From Salinivirgaceae bacterium (lineage in GTDB: Bacteria; Bacteroidota; Bacteroidia; Bacteroidales; SZUA-534): a stretch of DNA of 64,000 nt. Every line of letters begins with the position of its first letter. The first letter of the stretch is position 1. Where the stretch lies: positions 604-64,603 of the forward strand of contig JAEINW010000003.1 of NCBI GenBank assembly GCA_016342715.1. The letters are read 5' to 3'. Both the position numbers and the translations under genes were made by a program. Shown piece by piece: positions 1-9,581 of the stretch. Below the pieces are notes generated by a model. The model worked only from the letters and a program-made list of their open reading frames with translations. It had not been told where the DNA came from and did not search any database.

Positions 1-311
1 AAGAAACAAAGAGCCAAACAGGCACATTGTAAAAGGTCATTGATATTGATTTTGGAAGTTTGCCGCTTTACTCGCAGTACTTTTTTGTACTAATAATAAG
101 GTAAATAATAAAAAAGATACTTGCTGACATTAGGAGTACTAATAATTTCATAATCATAGATTTTTAAAGTTGGTATTTACTAATTGTTTTTAAAACTTAA
201 TTACATTGTGGTTCATTCATCTGTTTTGTGTAAGAAAAGTGACCTACTGTGTGCAATTTCTAGTCAAGTTACAAGAAAGATGAAGCGAAATATCAAGCCA
301 CGTGCGGAAGC

Positions 312-477
312 CAAAACTTTAAGCCAATGTAAACTTACAGAAAGGCAATGCAGCAAAACATTGGCTAATGTTGCATTACAGAAAGGCTATACACCAAAAC
401 ATTGGCTAATGTACACTTACAGAACTGCTATGCAGTAAAACATTGAACTTATGTAAACTTACATAAGGACACTGCGG
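312..477. repeat. Tandem array of four 41-42 bp units (approx CAAAACATTGGCTAATGTAAACTTACAGAAAGGCTATGCAG)
   Basis: Units read directly at 312-353, 354-394, 395-435 and 436-477. Each unit carries two mini-palindromes (ACATT..AATGT and TGTAA..TTACA). A related copy lies at 5920-6000. Confidence 0.85.
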
Positions 478-894
478 TATGTTTATTAAGTTCAAATCGT
501 ACGTTTCCGATAGTTTGTTATTTTCTTTTACCACAAGCTTAATAAGAGAGGTTTCTTCTTTATAACTGCGACGAGCCATTTCGTGCCCACCATATTTTTG
601 AATAATGTTGCTCACTGTATTAGCAAGTTCTACTACTTGAGCATTATAATGATAAGTGTAAGCTTCGCTCAGTTTAATAATCTCCTTTAAAGCACTATCG
701 CGACCAGCGTCGTCCATAGCAACATTTTCAGCCGATGTAGCACTCCTTGAAAGACTGGTATCGTAATTTTCTAGAGCTGTTTGAAAGCTGGCATACACCG
801 GAAGGTTTAAATCTTTGCTTGCATCATTAATACGATGGGCGGTTGTTCCAAGTTCGTTAATGGTTAATCTTGAGAATTTCTTTGGTAAAGACAT
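406..894 (-). CDS. Hypothetical protein (162 aa); the 3' end runs into the tandem repeat
   Basis: Intact ORF from the track. The last ~25 codons (406-477) are encoded by repeat units. I cannot assign a family with confidence; it may be a Bacteroidota-specific DUF. Confidence 0.45.
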   Translation of the reverse strand: MSLPKKFSRLTINELGTTAHRINDASKDLNLPVYASFQTALENYDTSLSRSATSAENVAMDDAGRDSALKEIIKLSEAYTYHYNAQVVELANTVSNIIQKYGGHEMARRSYKEETSLIKLVVKENNKLSETYDLNLINIPQCPYVSLHKFNVLLHSSSVSVH

Positions 895-1148
895 AACTAA
901 TTGTTTTCTAGTTTATAATTAATATTATTAATGTAAAAAATCTAAACATGAGGTTTTCTCTTTTCTTCAATCGTTATTCTAAATGCATTTTACATGATAC
1001 AGCTTTATTATGGATGCTTTTTTATGCAATAAAAAGTAATGTTTTTGTTTTTTTTGAATATTTATTTTACACTAATTTAGGCTTAACATTTATGAGACGG
1101 ATTTTTTTTATAAAATGCTTTCTGTTTTAAGCACCGTGTATAAAAAAA

Positions 1149-1631
1149 GAGGCTGTCAAAAAAGGATTGTTCAACTTTTGAAAACTTACAATACGAAATG
1201 GCCATAAGTACTAATTTGCATATAAACCGCAATGATTACTACCAAAGCCAGAGAGAACGCTTTGCTAAGTTATTTATGACGTATTCCCCTGAATAATAGG
1301 GGCAGGCTATCTGACCAATTTAATAAAAAATAAAAATAAACAAATGGAAGTTAAATTTAAAATGGAACGCACCTACCAGTAGGTAGGTTTTGGCTGATTT
1401 TAACTTTGTTGAGGGCTAAAGCCATTCACAAATCAAATCAGTGTAAATTAGTTTTTTTCATTGTTATCCCTGTCTGGCGGTAGGCAGGAGTGTTATATTC
1501 TTTCAACTTAGCGAACCTTGCTTGCAAGCTCATGATCCCGAGAATTCGGGAGAATAAAAAAGCTATCTCGTGAGCGATAACGAATAATTTGAAAGTGTAC
1601 ATATAAGGTTTTTTACTTTTTAGACAGCCTC
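1149..1631. mobile_element. MITE-like non-coding element bounded by 16-nt terminal inverted repeats
   Basis: Left end GAGGCTGTCAAAAAAG (1149-1164) matches the reverse complement of the right end, GAGGCTGTCTAAAAAG (1616-1631), at 15/16 positions. The interior has many short GC hairpins (CCTACC-AGTA-GGTAGG, TCCCGAGAATTCGGGA) and no credible ORF. Confidence 0.35.
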
Positions 1632-1725
1632 AAATCAAAAAAAACTGGCTCGCCTAATTAATGATAAATTTAACTTGCCAATTAAAAAATATGGTATTTC
1701 TTTGTGATCCGAAATAAAAAAGTAG

Positions 1726-2085
1726 ATGAGCTTAGAAAAACGACATATTCTTTTAGTATTAATTATACCACTAATTGTATTATTTCAATTTTGGCAGTCA
1801 AATTTTAGGCATTCTCATACAATAGAAAATGGAATAGTTGTAGAGCATTCTCATCCTTCTAAGTCTTCAAATTCTAGCCCATTTTCAACAAATCATCATC
1901 ATTCAAAATCGGAATTTATTAGTATTGCTGGTTTTAGTGCAAATTTTACAAATATTCAAAGTGTTGTTTGTTTAAACGATATTACAATACCATGTATTGA
2001 AATAAAAAAGGAAGTAGATTATAAAGCTGATATTCCTTTTAAGCATTATTTATCAATCTTATTCCGAGGACCACCTAGCTTATAA
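1726..2085 (+). CDS. Small His-rich membrane-anchored hypothetical protein
   Basis: N-terminal hydrophobic helix (ILLVLIIPLIVLF) followed by HSH..HSH..HHH clusters. Lies 250 nt upstream of a TonB-dependent receptor on the same strand. Confidence 0.5.
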   Translation: MSLEKRHILLVLIIPLIVLFQFWQSNFRHSHTIENGIVVEHSHPSKSSNSSPFSTNHHHSKSEFISIAGFSANFTNIQSVVCLNDITIPCIEIKKEVDYKADIPFKHYLSILFRGPPSL

Positions 2086-2335
2086 AATATTATCATTTAT
2101 TTTATGAGTCCTGTATAAAAAGCATTCGAATTAATATTTTTAACATTTTTTACCCTGGCCCTAAAGCCTGTCTGGCTGGTAGGTAGGGAAAAGCGTTGAA
2201 AATATGACTCTCTTTAAAATTGGGGTAATGCTGATTTTTAACTTTGCCCGATTTAGTCCCCTTTTATACTAGACACTTTTATTTAAACTTTAATTTTAAT
2301 TAGAGATAAGTTTTTATCTCAATAATAATATTTTT

Positions 2336-4774
2336 ATGAATTTTAAAAAGACAATTCTATATCTAATTGTACTGCTACTTATTAACAATACGTTTGCTCA
2401 AAATAAATCAGATGCACATATTATTGGACACGTTAAATCGCATGGTGAACATTTGCCATTCGCTACCATAATGTTAAAAGGAACCACCATTGGTACAGCT
2501 ACGGATGAAACTGGGCATTTTAGAATAATAAATGTCGATGCAGGGGAATATATCATAAAAGCACAGGCAATTGGTTATAAATCTCAAGAAAAAACAATTG
2601 TTGTTAAAAATAATAATACAACTGAAGTTAAATTTGACTTAGTAGAAGATTTAATTGGTATTGAGCAAGTGATTGTTTCAGCTAATAGAAATGAACAAAA
2701 TCGTCACGAAGCTATGACCATTGTGAATTCAATATCGCCTAAGTTATTTCAGAATACAAATTCGCTTACTTTAGGCGAAGGATTAAATTTCACACCAGGA
2801 TTAAGGTTGGAAAATAATTGTCAGAATTGCGGATTTACTCAGGTGCGAATGAATGGCTTAGAAGGGCCTTATTCGCAAATTTTAATAAATAGTAGAGCTA
2901 TCTTTAGTGGTTTAGCAGGCGTTTACGGATTAGAGCTTTTTCCTGCAAATATGATAGAACGAGTGGAGGTTGTTCGTGGTGGAGGTTCAGCACTTTTTGG
3001 TAGTAACGCCATTGCAGGAACCATAAATTTAATTACTAAAGATCCGATTAAGAATGGTTTCGATTTAAATACTGCTACTAATTTTGTGGGAGTTGGAAAC
3101 ACTAATGGAGGCAATATTAGTATTGATAAGAATATAAATTTTAATGCTTCGGTAGTCGATTTAGAAGCAAAAGCAGGAGTAACTGTTTTTGGATTTTACC
3201 GCGATAGACCAAATTACGATGCGAATGACGATGGATATTCAGAACTAGCTCAAATTACAAATGCAACCGTTGGTTTTAGAGCCTATCATCGCACAGGGCA
3301 ACGAGGAAAAGTTACGGTCGATTATTTTAATATTAATGAAGCTCGCAGAGGTGGTAATAAGTTTGATGGTTTATATCACGAATCAGACATTGCCGAAGCA
3401 GTGAGTCATAATATTAATACGGGTGCTATTAACTTTGATCAACTTTTTGCGAATAATGATAAATTAAGCATTTTCACTTCGATTCAAGACGTTAATAGGA
3501 ACTCGTATTACGGTGCAGGGCAAGATATGTCGGCTTATGGGAAAACAACCGATTTGTCTTATACTTCAGGATTGCAGTATAGTATGGATAGAGTTCGCTT
3601 GTTATTTGCTCCTGGAAATTTGGTAGCTGGTATTGAAAATAATGGAGGTTTTTTACAAGATAAAAAATTAGGTTATTATGATGTGGAAAACTTAGTACAT
3701 GTAGATAATTCGCTGAATACTGACCAGAAAATGAATACATTAGGTACTTTTGTGCAGTCGGAGTGGGATGTAAATCGATTTAAATTTTCAACAGGAGTAA
3801 GATTAGACCATTATCAGATTGAAGATAATACACATATAAGTGATAAAATTGTTGGAACTGTATTTAGTCCAAGGTTAAGTATTAAATATCAGGCATATGA
3901 GAATGTAATGCTTCGTGCAAGTTACTCTCATGGCTTTAGAGCTCCACAAATATTCGATGAAGATTTGCATATATTGGCATCGGCATCACGAAAAGTAATA
4001 CATACCAACGCTCCTGAATTAAAGCAGGAAGATAGCAGGAGTTATATGTTATCACTAGATATTGATATTCCCTTAGGGAAGATGCAAAACGAATGGCTGC
4101 TTGAAGCTTTTTACACCAAATTAATTGATCCGTTTTTTAATAAGCCAAATGGCATAAATGCTAATGGAGAAGAAGTTTATGAGCGAATAAATGCCAATGA
4201 TGGGGCTTTTGTTTCAGGTGTAAATTTTGAATGGAATTTAGCGCCAAAGCCTGGATTTATTTTAAAGGCAGGTTTTACTGCTCAGATTAGTGAGTATGAA
4301 AAAGCTCAAGAAATTACCGATGAAATTACTGAAAAGAAATTTATTAGAACCCCTAATTTGTATAGCTTTTTAACCGTTGATTACGATTTTCTTAAAAAGT
4401 TTTGCCTATCGCTATCAGCTAATTACACAGGTTCAATGCTAGTTCCGCATTTTGGACTTGAACCTTTAAGCGATCTTGAAAAAACAGGTGTTGTTGAACC
4501 TGAGAGAATAATGGAAGTATCTGAAATTCGTGCCGGAAATGTTATAACAGAAAATAGATTAGAGCATTCTGAACAATTTGTTGATTTGGGATTAAAGTTA
4601 ATGTATGACATTAAATTAAATGGAACTACATTACAACTTAGTGGAGGTGTGAAAAATATATTAAACGATTATCAAAATAGCTTTGATAAAGGCCAATTTA
4701 GAGATCCTGGTTATGTATATGGTCCGGGTGCTCCACGAACTATTTATTTTGGACTTAAGTTTAGTAACTTTTAA
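2336..4774 (+). CDS. TonB-dependent receptor with CarboxypepD_reg-like N-terminal domain
   Basis: Signal peptide; HFRIINVDAGEYIIKAQAIGY (carboxypeptidase-regulatory-like); plug motif VVRGGGSALFGSNAIAGTINLITK; long barrel ending in a terminal aromatic residue (KFSNF). Confidence 0.9.
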   Translation: MNFKKTILYLIVLLLINNTFAQNKSDAHIIGHVKSHGEHLPFATIMLKGTTIGTATDETGHFRIINVDAGEYIIKAQAIGYKSQEKTIVVKNNNTTEVKFDLVEDLIGIEQVIVSANRNEQNRHEAMTIVNSISPKLFQNTNSLTLGEGLNFTPGLRLENNCQNCGFTQVRMNGLEGPYSQILINSRAIFSGLAGVYGLELFPANMIERVEVVRGGGSALFGSNAIAGTINLITKDPIKNGFDLNTATNFVGVGNTNGGNISIDKNINFNASVVDLEAKAGVTVFGFYRDRPNYDANDDGYSELAQITNATVGFRAYHRTGQRGKVTVDYFNINEARRGGNKFDGLYHESDIAEAVSHNINTGAINFDQLFANNDKLSIFTSIQDVNRNSYYGAGQDMSAYGKTTDLSYTSGLQYSMDRVRLLFAPGNLVAGIENNGGFLQDKKLGYYDVENLVHVDNSLNTDQKMNTLGTFVQSEWDVNRFKFSTGVRLDHYQIEDNTHISDKIVGTVFSPRLSIKYQAYENVMLRASYSHGFRAPQIFDEDLHILASASRKVIHTNAPELKQEDSRSYMLSLDIDIPLGKMQNEWLLEAFYTKLIDPFFNKPNGINANGEEVYERINANDGAFVSGVNFEWNLAPKPGFILKAGFTAQISEYEKAQEITDEITEKKFIRTPNLYSFLTVDYDFLKKFCLSLSANYTGSMLVPHFGLEPLSDLEKTGVVEPERIMEVSEIRAGNVITENRLEHSEQFVDLGLKLMYDIKLNGTTLQLSGGVKNILNDYQNSFDKGQFRDPGYVYGPGAPRTIYFGLKFSNF

Positions 4775-5121
4775 ATCAGTGAGACTATATTTTTTGAGTT
4801 GCAAACAATAAAAATAAAAGTCCCGAAAGCGAAGCGTATCGGGAACTTGGTTCTTATACCTCGCTGCTTGCAGCTAGGTAGTTTCTTCGAATATAGATTA
4901 TTGAAATTTTATGTGCTAAATGTTTGGTTACTTAGCGTTTTATTAAATTGTTTGACTTATTCCCAAATTGAGCGATTCTCGCTCACGATTTAGTTCTTGT
5001 AAGTATTTCACTGCACTTTGTTTGTGAAACACTACAATCTCTACATCGGGGTTAACTCTAAGTAAAGCGCTTGTTCGCTATGCTCCAATCGCTCAACTTA
5101 GATTATTGTTGCTTTTTGTAA

Positions 5122-5436
5122 AATGGTGTTTTATTGGGTTTCGTTTCAGTTTTCTTGGCTATAAAAGTAAAGGGTTTGTTAATAGGACAAAGTACTAATG
5201 ATAAAATGCGTGTTGAAATAAAAGAATTTTTAGAATCGAGACCTGAAATTAAGCAGGTTTTTAATTTGATAAGCATTCAGTTGGGTACACAAATTATGGT
5301 TGCTGTTAAAGTTAAAATGGCAACGATGGATTCTGTAGATCTCTTAATTTCTGGTATTAATACTTGTGAACTAGAGCTTAAAAAGGAACATCCTGCCATA
5401 AAGTGGGTGTTTTTTGAGCCCGACAATAGGGATTGA
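5122..5436 (+). pseudogene. C-terminal fragment of a cation diffusion facilitator (CDF) transporter
   Basis: Only the last TM segment plus the cytoplasmic domain is present (LLIGQS..IKEFLESRPEIKQVFNLISIQLGTQIMVAVKV..VFFEPD). The frame opens straight after a stop at 5119-5121. The ~200 N-terminal residues are absent and there is no ATG start. Confidence 0.6.
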
Positions 5437-5471
5437 TTTTGCAAATAACATAAATAAAGAGTATTGTCCTC

Positions 5472-5819
5472 TTAAAGCGTAATCACCTTATCTGCCATTT
5501 TTTGTAGTTCTACAATATCCATCATGGTACCAACAACACCTACTTCTATTTTGTCTGTTAAGTTAAAATGCTGTAAGCAGGTTTTACATACAATCAGCTT
5601 TACACCTTTTTTTTCGATAGCTTTGGTGACCTCAATAACCGGGGAATCTTTACAAATTAGTTTAACCCCGCTGTTGTAGAATGCGATGAAGCGGGGCATT
5701 TCAGTTTCTTCATTAATAAGCCTTAAATAGTTAGTCATAAGTTGAAGTCCAAGAGCTTCATCTCCGGTTCCCATTGCATTATGTGATATTTGGAGTAGTG
5801 TGTTTTTGAAGTTTTTCAT
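5472..5819 (-). CDS. DsrE/YedF C-terminal-like small sulfur/selenium-relay-type protein
   Basis: 115 aa with a DsrE-like pattern (HNAMGTGDEALG..FYNSGVKL..LIVCKTCLQHF). Confidence 0.55.
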   Translation of the reverse strand: MKNFKNTLLQISHNAMGTGDEALGLQLMTNYLRLINEETEMPRFIAFYNSGVKLICKDSPVIEVTKAIEKKGVKLIVCKTCLQHFNLTDKIEVGVVGTMMDIVELQKMADKVITL

Positions 5820-5919
5820 AGTTGGCGAATGTAGTAAAAAAGTATTAAATATTTGTACGTGACAGATGTGGCATTATTATGATTGATTGTACAAACGAAT
5901 GAAAATTTAAGCTTAGGTT

Positions 5920-6000
5920 CACTTGCTGAATGGCTATGCAGCAAAACATTGAGCTTATGTAAACTTACAGAAGGGTTATACAGAAAAACATTGGCTTTAG
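5920..6000. repeat. Second locus of the 41-42 bp repeat family (about 2 units)
   Basis: 5942-5983, CAAAACATTGAGCTTATGTAAACTTACAGAAGGGTTATACAG, aligns to the units at 312-477, with partial units on both sides. Confidence 0.75.
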
Positions 6001-6432
6001 CGTTTAAGTATTTTGAGGCGCAAATTTATTTTTCTTACTTAAAACGCAAAAGGCTTTGCGCATTAGCGGGATATGCATGCTGTGTTCAAGATCTTTCCTG
6101 TTTTCCGATGCACTCTCAATTTGGTTTCGCTATTCTACCGTTCCAATGTAACTGCTTAGCGATGTCTCAAACGTATTGTTCAGCTTTTCTAGTTCGGCTA
6201 TTTGGTCTATGTTGTTTTTGTTGGGTTGGTAGCGTAAACGGTTTTTTCTACTATATATTTGCTCTCGCCAAGGCCCAAAGTCGCAGAGAGAGGATGTTGG
6301 AGTTCGTCGTAGGTGTTTTGTATTTGGTGGTTTCGGCTGGTCCAAGTGTATAGTGATTTTCCGGCTACATTGGCAAAATTTCTACTGAAGTAAGCATTGA
6401 AGACAAAAACACCATATAACAAATGAACCTAA

Positions 6433-6510
6433 GCACTGAATGAAGAAGACAAGCTAACTATTTTCAAATTTATTGACGAAATGCTAAGCAAAACAAAATT
6501 CAAAGACTTC
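6433..6510 (+). pseudogene. Orphan C-terminal tail resembling XRE-family HTH regulators of Bacteroidota
   Basis: Translates to ALNEEDKLTIFKFIDEMLSKTKFKDF directly after an in-frame stop. No HTH-encoding part lies upstream. The family resemblance is from memory only. Confidence 0.35.
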
Positions 6511-6725
6511 AGTTTTCGAAAATACAGCCATTTAAAATATCATTTTTATACAGCGATTATCGTGTGCTTTTCTTTGTTAGTATTGATTTTATAACATATT
6601 TATGTTGTTTAGTTTGCTTAATTATATATATATCTTGGGGCGATTTAAATTATCAGCTTTAAAGTGGTATTATCACTCAGTAGAGTTTGTTAATAGAATA
6701 CTTAATCAAGAATGAAAAAATAAAT

Positions 6726-8012
6726 ATTATGAACAAACAAGATAAAAAATACGCAAATTATTTAAGTATTTTACACGAAGAACTTGTGCCTGCTATGGGG
6801 TGTACTGAACCAATTGCTATTGCTTATGCTGCGGCAATGGCGAGGAAAGTTTTAGGTGAATTGCCTGAACGCGTCGAAATAGAAGCTAGCGATAATATTA
6901 TTAAAAATGTAAAAAGTGTAGTTGTTCCAAATACCGGAAATTTAAAGGGAATTAAAGCTGCAGCTGTTGCAGGAATTGTAGCCGGCGATGCCGATAAAAT
7001 TCTTGAAGTTATTTCAAAGGTAGATGATGCAGGTAAAAAGGCAATTGCCGAATTTATAGAAACAAAAGAAGTTAATATATATCCATCGAAAAGCGATTTA
7101 ATATTTGATATAGTTGTAAATGTATTTAGTGGAGAATTGAGTGCATCGGTTCAAATTTCAAATTACCATACCAATATTGTAAGTATTACAAAAAATGGTG
7201 AAATTGTTTTAAGCAATATTACTTGTGATGAAGAAGTAAATATTTTGCAAAAAACAGATCGCTCAATAATGACGGTCAAAGATATTATTGATTTTGCAGA
7301 TTCTGTTGAAATAGACGAAGTGAAAGCTGTTTTGCAACGTCAAATTGATTATAATATGGCCATAGCTGAGGAAGGAATTAAAGACGATTGGGGAGCAAAT
7401 ATAGGATCGGTTTTATTAAAAACTTATGGTAATGACGTGAAAATTCGCGCAAAAGCAATGGCTGCAGCTGGTTCTGATGCCAGAATGAGTGGTTGCGAAC
7501 TACCGGTTGTTATAGTATCAGGTAGTGGTAATCAGGGGCTTACTGCATCGGTACCTGTTATTGAATTTGCAAAGGAACTTAAAGTTGATCAAGAGGCTTT
7601 ATATAGAGCTTTAATTGTATCGAATTTGGTTACTATTCATCAAAAAACAGGCATAGGACGATTGTCGGCATACTGTGGTGCTATATCGGCAGGAGTAGGA
7701 GCAGGAGCAGGAATAGCTTGGTTGCACGGAGGTAAGTTTGAAGAAATTGCTCATACTATTGTGAATGCTCTTGCTATTGTTTCGGGTATTATTTGCGATG
7801 GTGCAAAACCATCATGTGCAGGTAAAATTGCATCGGCTGTTGATGCCGGGATATTAGGTTTCTATATGTATGAAAATGGGCAGCAGTTTTATGGTGGCGA
7901 TGGTATTATTCAGAAAGGTGTTGAAAATACTATAAAAAATGTTGGAAGATTAGGTAGTATTGGTATGCGTGAAACTGATAAAGAAATTATCAAAATAATG
8001 CTTGATAGATAA
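6726..8012 (+). CDS. UPF0597 / L-cysteine desulfidase-like (serine dehydratase alpha-like) protein
   Basis: MGCTEPIAIAYAAA motif, 428 aa from the internal ATG. The track ORF starts at a TTG at 6687. Confidence 0.8.
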   Translation: MMNKQDKKYANYLSILHEELVPAMGCTEPIAIAYAAAMARKVLGELPERVEIEASDNIIKNVKSVVVPNTGNLKGIKAAAVAGIVAGDADKILEVISKVDDAGKKAIAEFIETKEVNIYPSKSDLIFDIVVNVFSGELSASVQISNYHTNIVSITKNGEIVLSNITCDEEVNILQKTDRSIMTVKDIIDFADSVEIDEVKAVLQRQIDYNMAIAEEGIKDDWGANIGSVLLKTYGNDVKIRAKAMAAAGSDARMSGCELPVVIVSGSGNQGLTASVPVIEFAKELKVDQEALYRALIVSNLVTIHQKTGIGRLSAYCGAISAGVGAGAGIAWLHGGKFEEIAHTIVNALAIVSGIICDGAKPSCAGKIASAVDAGILGFYMYENGQQFYGGDGIIQKGVENTIKNVGRLGSIGMRETDKEIIKIMLDR

Positions 8013-8291
8013 AACCAATTGTGTTTCAGTAATTTTAAGTGGGTGGATTTTTTGACCTTGATGGTACTTAAAAAAATATCCACCCCGTATTCTAAAAATA
8101 TTTTAGCTTCTACTTGTTTTAGCCTTATAATGCGGAGAGTAAACTGGAGTAACTAAAGTTGGGAAAAACTAAGAATGACGAAGGGAAAACGGAAAATGAA
8201 AGTTCATTCTTTGCGATGTTTGCGTTTTTATCTTTGCGGGCTTGCGTGGAATTTTAATGTTTAAAAGTTTTAGGATTATTAAGCAAAGTTA

Positions 8292-9581
8292 CTAATGCTT
8301 TAAAAACCGTTGTTTCTCCAAATAGCTCAAACTTCTCCACAACCATTCCATAGGACCAAAACGAAAATAAGTAAGCCAAATTGGACTCGCAATTAGTTGG
8401 AATATCCATATAGCAAGCACTAAATAATACAATTCAAATCTTTCCCATTCTCCGTATTGTTTGAATCCTACAAAAATTATACTTGCTATTAACGAATGCA
8501 TCAGGTAATTGCTTAGAGCCATTCTCCCCACTGCAGCTAAAGCTTTTTTTAAGAAAAGGAGGATTCCAGATTTGCAAAATAGCATAATAAGTCCAATGTG
8601 ACCTACCATGGTTGCAATTCTACCCATGTCGTAGGTTCGCATAAGTTCATAATATTTTATTAGGCTAAAGTCGCTATTAATATAGGCCATGGTCTCAAAA
8701 TAATTAATAGGAATCCCAATTCCATATCCAATCAGAATCATTGTAAAATAAAAGGCAAGCGATTTTTTTGCATGTAATATTTTGAGTTTAAAAAGGGCAA
8801 TTCCTAAGAGCATCATGCTTAAAATATCAATGTAATTGTGACGGTAATGATATTCTGATTCAAAAAATTTAGCATATGCTTTATTTTCATTAAATGCACT
8901 TGTATAGCCACTTTGGTATTTTTTTATTCTGGATTGGAGAATAGCATCGTTTGGTTTCATGATTGCATATTTTTCAAGCCAGTTATAGTATCCAATCATG
9001 GTATCGTACGGAAGTATTTCTCCTTTGCTAATTAAAACATTGCCTTCGAAATATTGGGACTGCTGTACTTTGGCTGTTTTTGTATCTTGGAAATTCAAAA
9101 CTACGCCCAACATAATTATGCTTAAAGAAATTCCTATAAGTTTTATGGGACTTAGTCTTCTAAAGGGAAATAACAATAGGCCAATCATACCATACGAAAA
9201 CAGTATGTCTCCCGGCCATAGGAATACATAGGCATGTAGCATCCCAAACAAAACCAATAGTATTAATCGGCGAAACCATACCTCCAATAAATCAAAACGA
9301 TTGCCTTCCTCTTCCTTATTATTTACAAACAAAACAATTCCGGCACCAAATAGTAGAGAAAATATGCCACGCATGGTTCCTTCAAAAAATATACTATTGA
9401 TGATAAATACCCTAAGGTTCCAACCTTCATGTCCTCCGGCTAGTGAAGGATCAAAATAGGAGGGATCTGGTAATCCCATACCTACGATATTGATTAGCAA
9501 GATGCCAAGAAGTGCTATTCCACGCAGTGTATCAATTGAAGAGATTCTGTTTTTATCACTTAGCGGTTGTAAATTTTTCAT
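8292..9581 (-). CDS. DUF418 (YeiB-like) polytopic membrane protein
   Basis: RISSIDTLRGIALLGILLIN at the N-terminus, and GRMALSNYLMHSLI..FGPMEWLWRSLSY at the C-terminus. Confidence 0.8.
   Translation of the reverse strand: MKNLQPLSDKNRISSIDTLRGIALLGILLINIVGMGLPDPSYFDPSLAGGHEGWNLRVFIINSIFFEGTMRGIFSLLFGAGIVLFVNNKEEEGNRFDLLEVWFRRLILLVLFGMLHAYVFLWPGDILFSYGMIGLLLFPFRRLSPIKLIGISLSIIMLGVVLNFQDTKTAKVQQSQYFEGNVLISKGEILPYDTMIGYYNWLEKYAIMKPNDAILQSRIKKYQSGYTSAFNENKAYAKFFESEYHYRHNYIDILSMMLLGIALFKLKILHAKKSLAFYFTMILIGYGIGIPINYFETMAYINSDFSLIKYYELMRTYDMGRIATMVGHIGLIMLFCKSGILLFLKKALAAVGRMALSNYLMHSLIASIIFVGFKQYGEWERFELYYLVLAIWIFQLIASPIWLTYFRFGPMEWLWRSLSYLEKQRFLKH

Noticed and set aside
184-438. 84-aa plus-strand ORF from the track
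   Set aside because: It is read straight through the 41-42 bp tandem repeat units, giving a periodic peptide, and it overlaps the minus-strand ORF. It is most likely a repeat artefact.
948-1130. 60-aa ORF
   Set aside because: AT-rich, Phe/Leu-dominated sequence in a divergent promoter region with no motif. Likely spurious.
1149-1631. A terminator hairpin GAGGCTGTC..GACAGCCTC split by an insertion
   Set aside because: The region lies between divergently oriented genes, where no terminator is expected. The TIR-bounded MITE reading is simpler, though still unproven.
5883-6422. 156-aa plus-strand ORF and two 71-aa minus-strand ORFs
   Set aside because: They overlap each other, include the dispersed repeat, give low-complexity Cys/Phe-rich or frame-broken translations, and have no recognisable motifs. 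I treat them as decayed or non-coding sequence.
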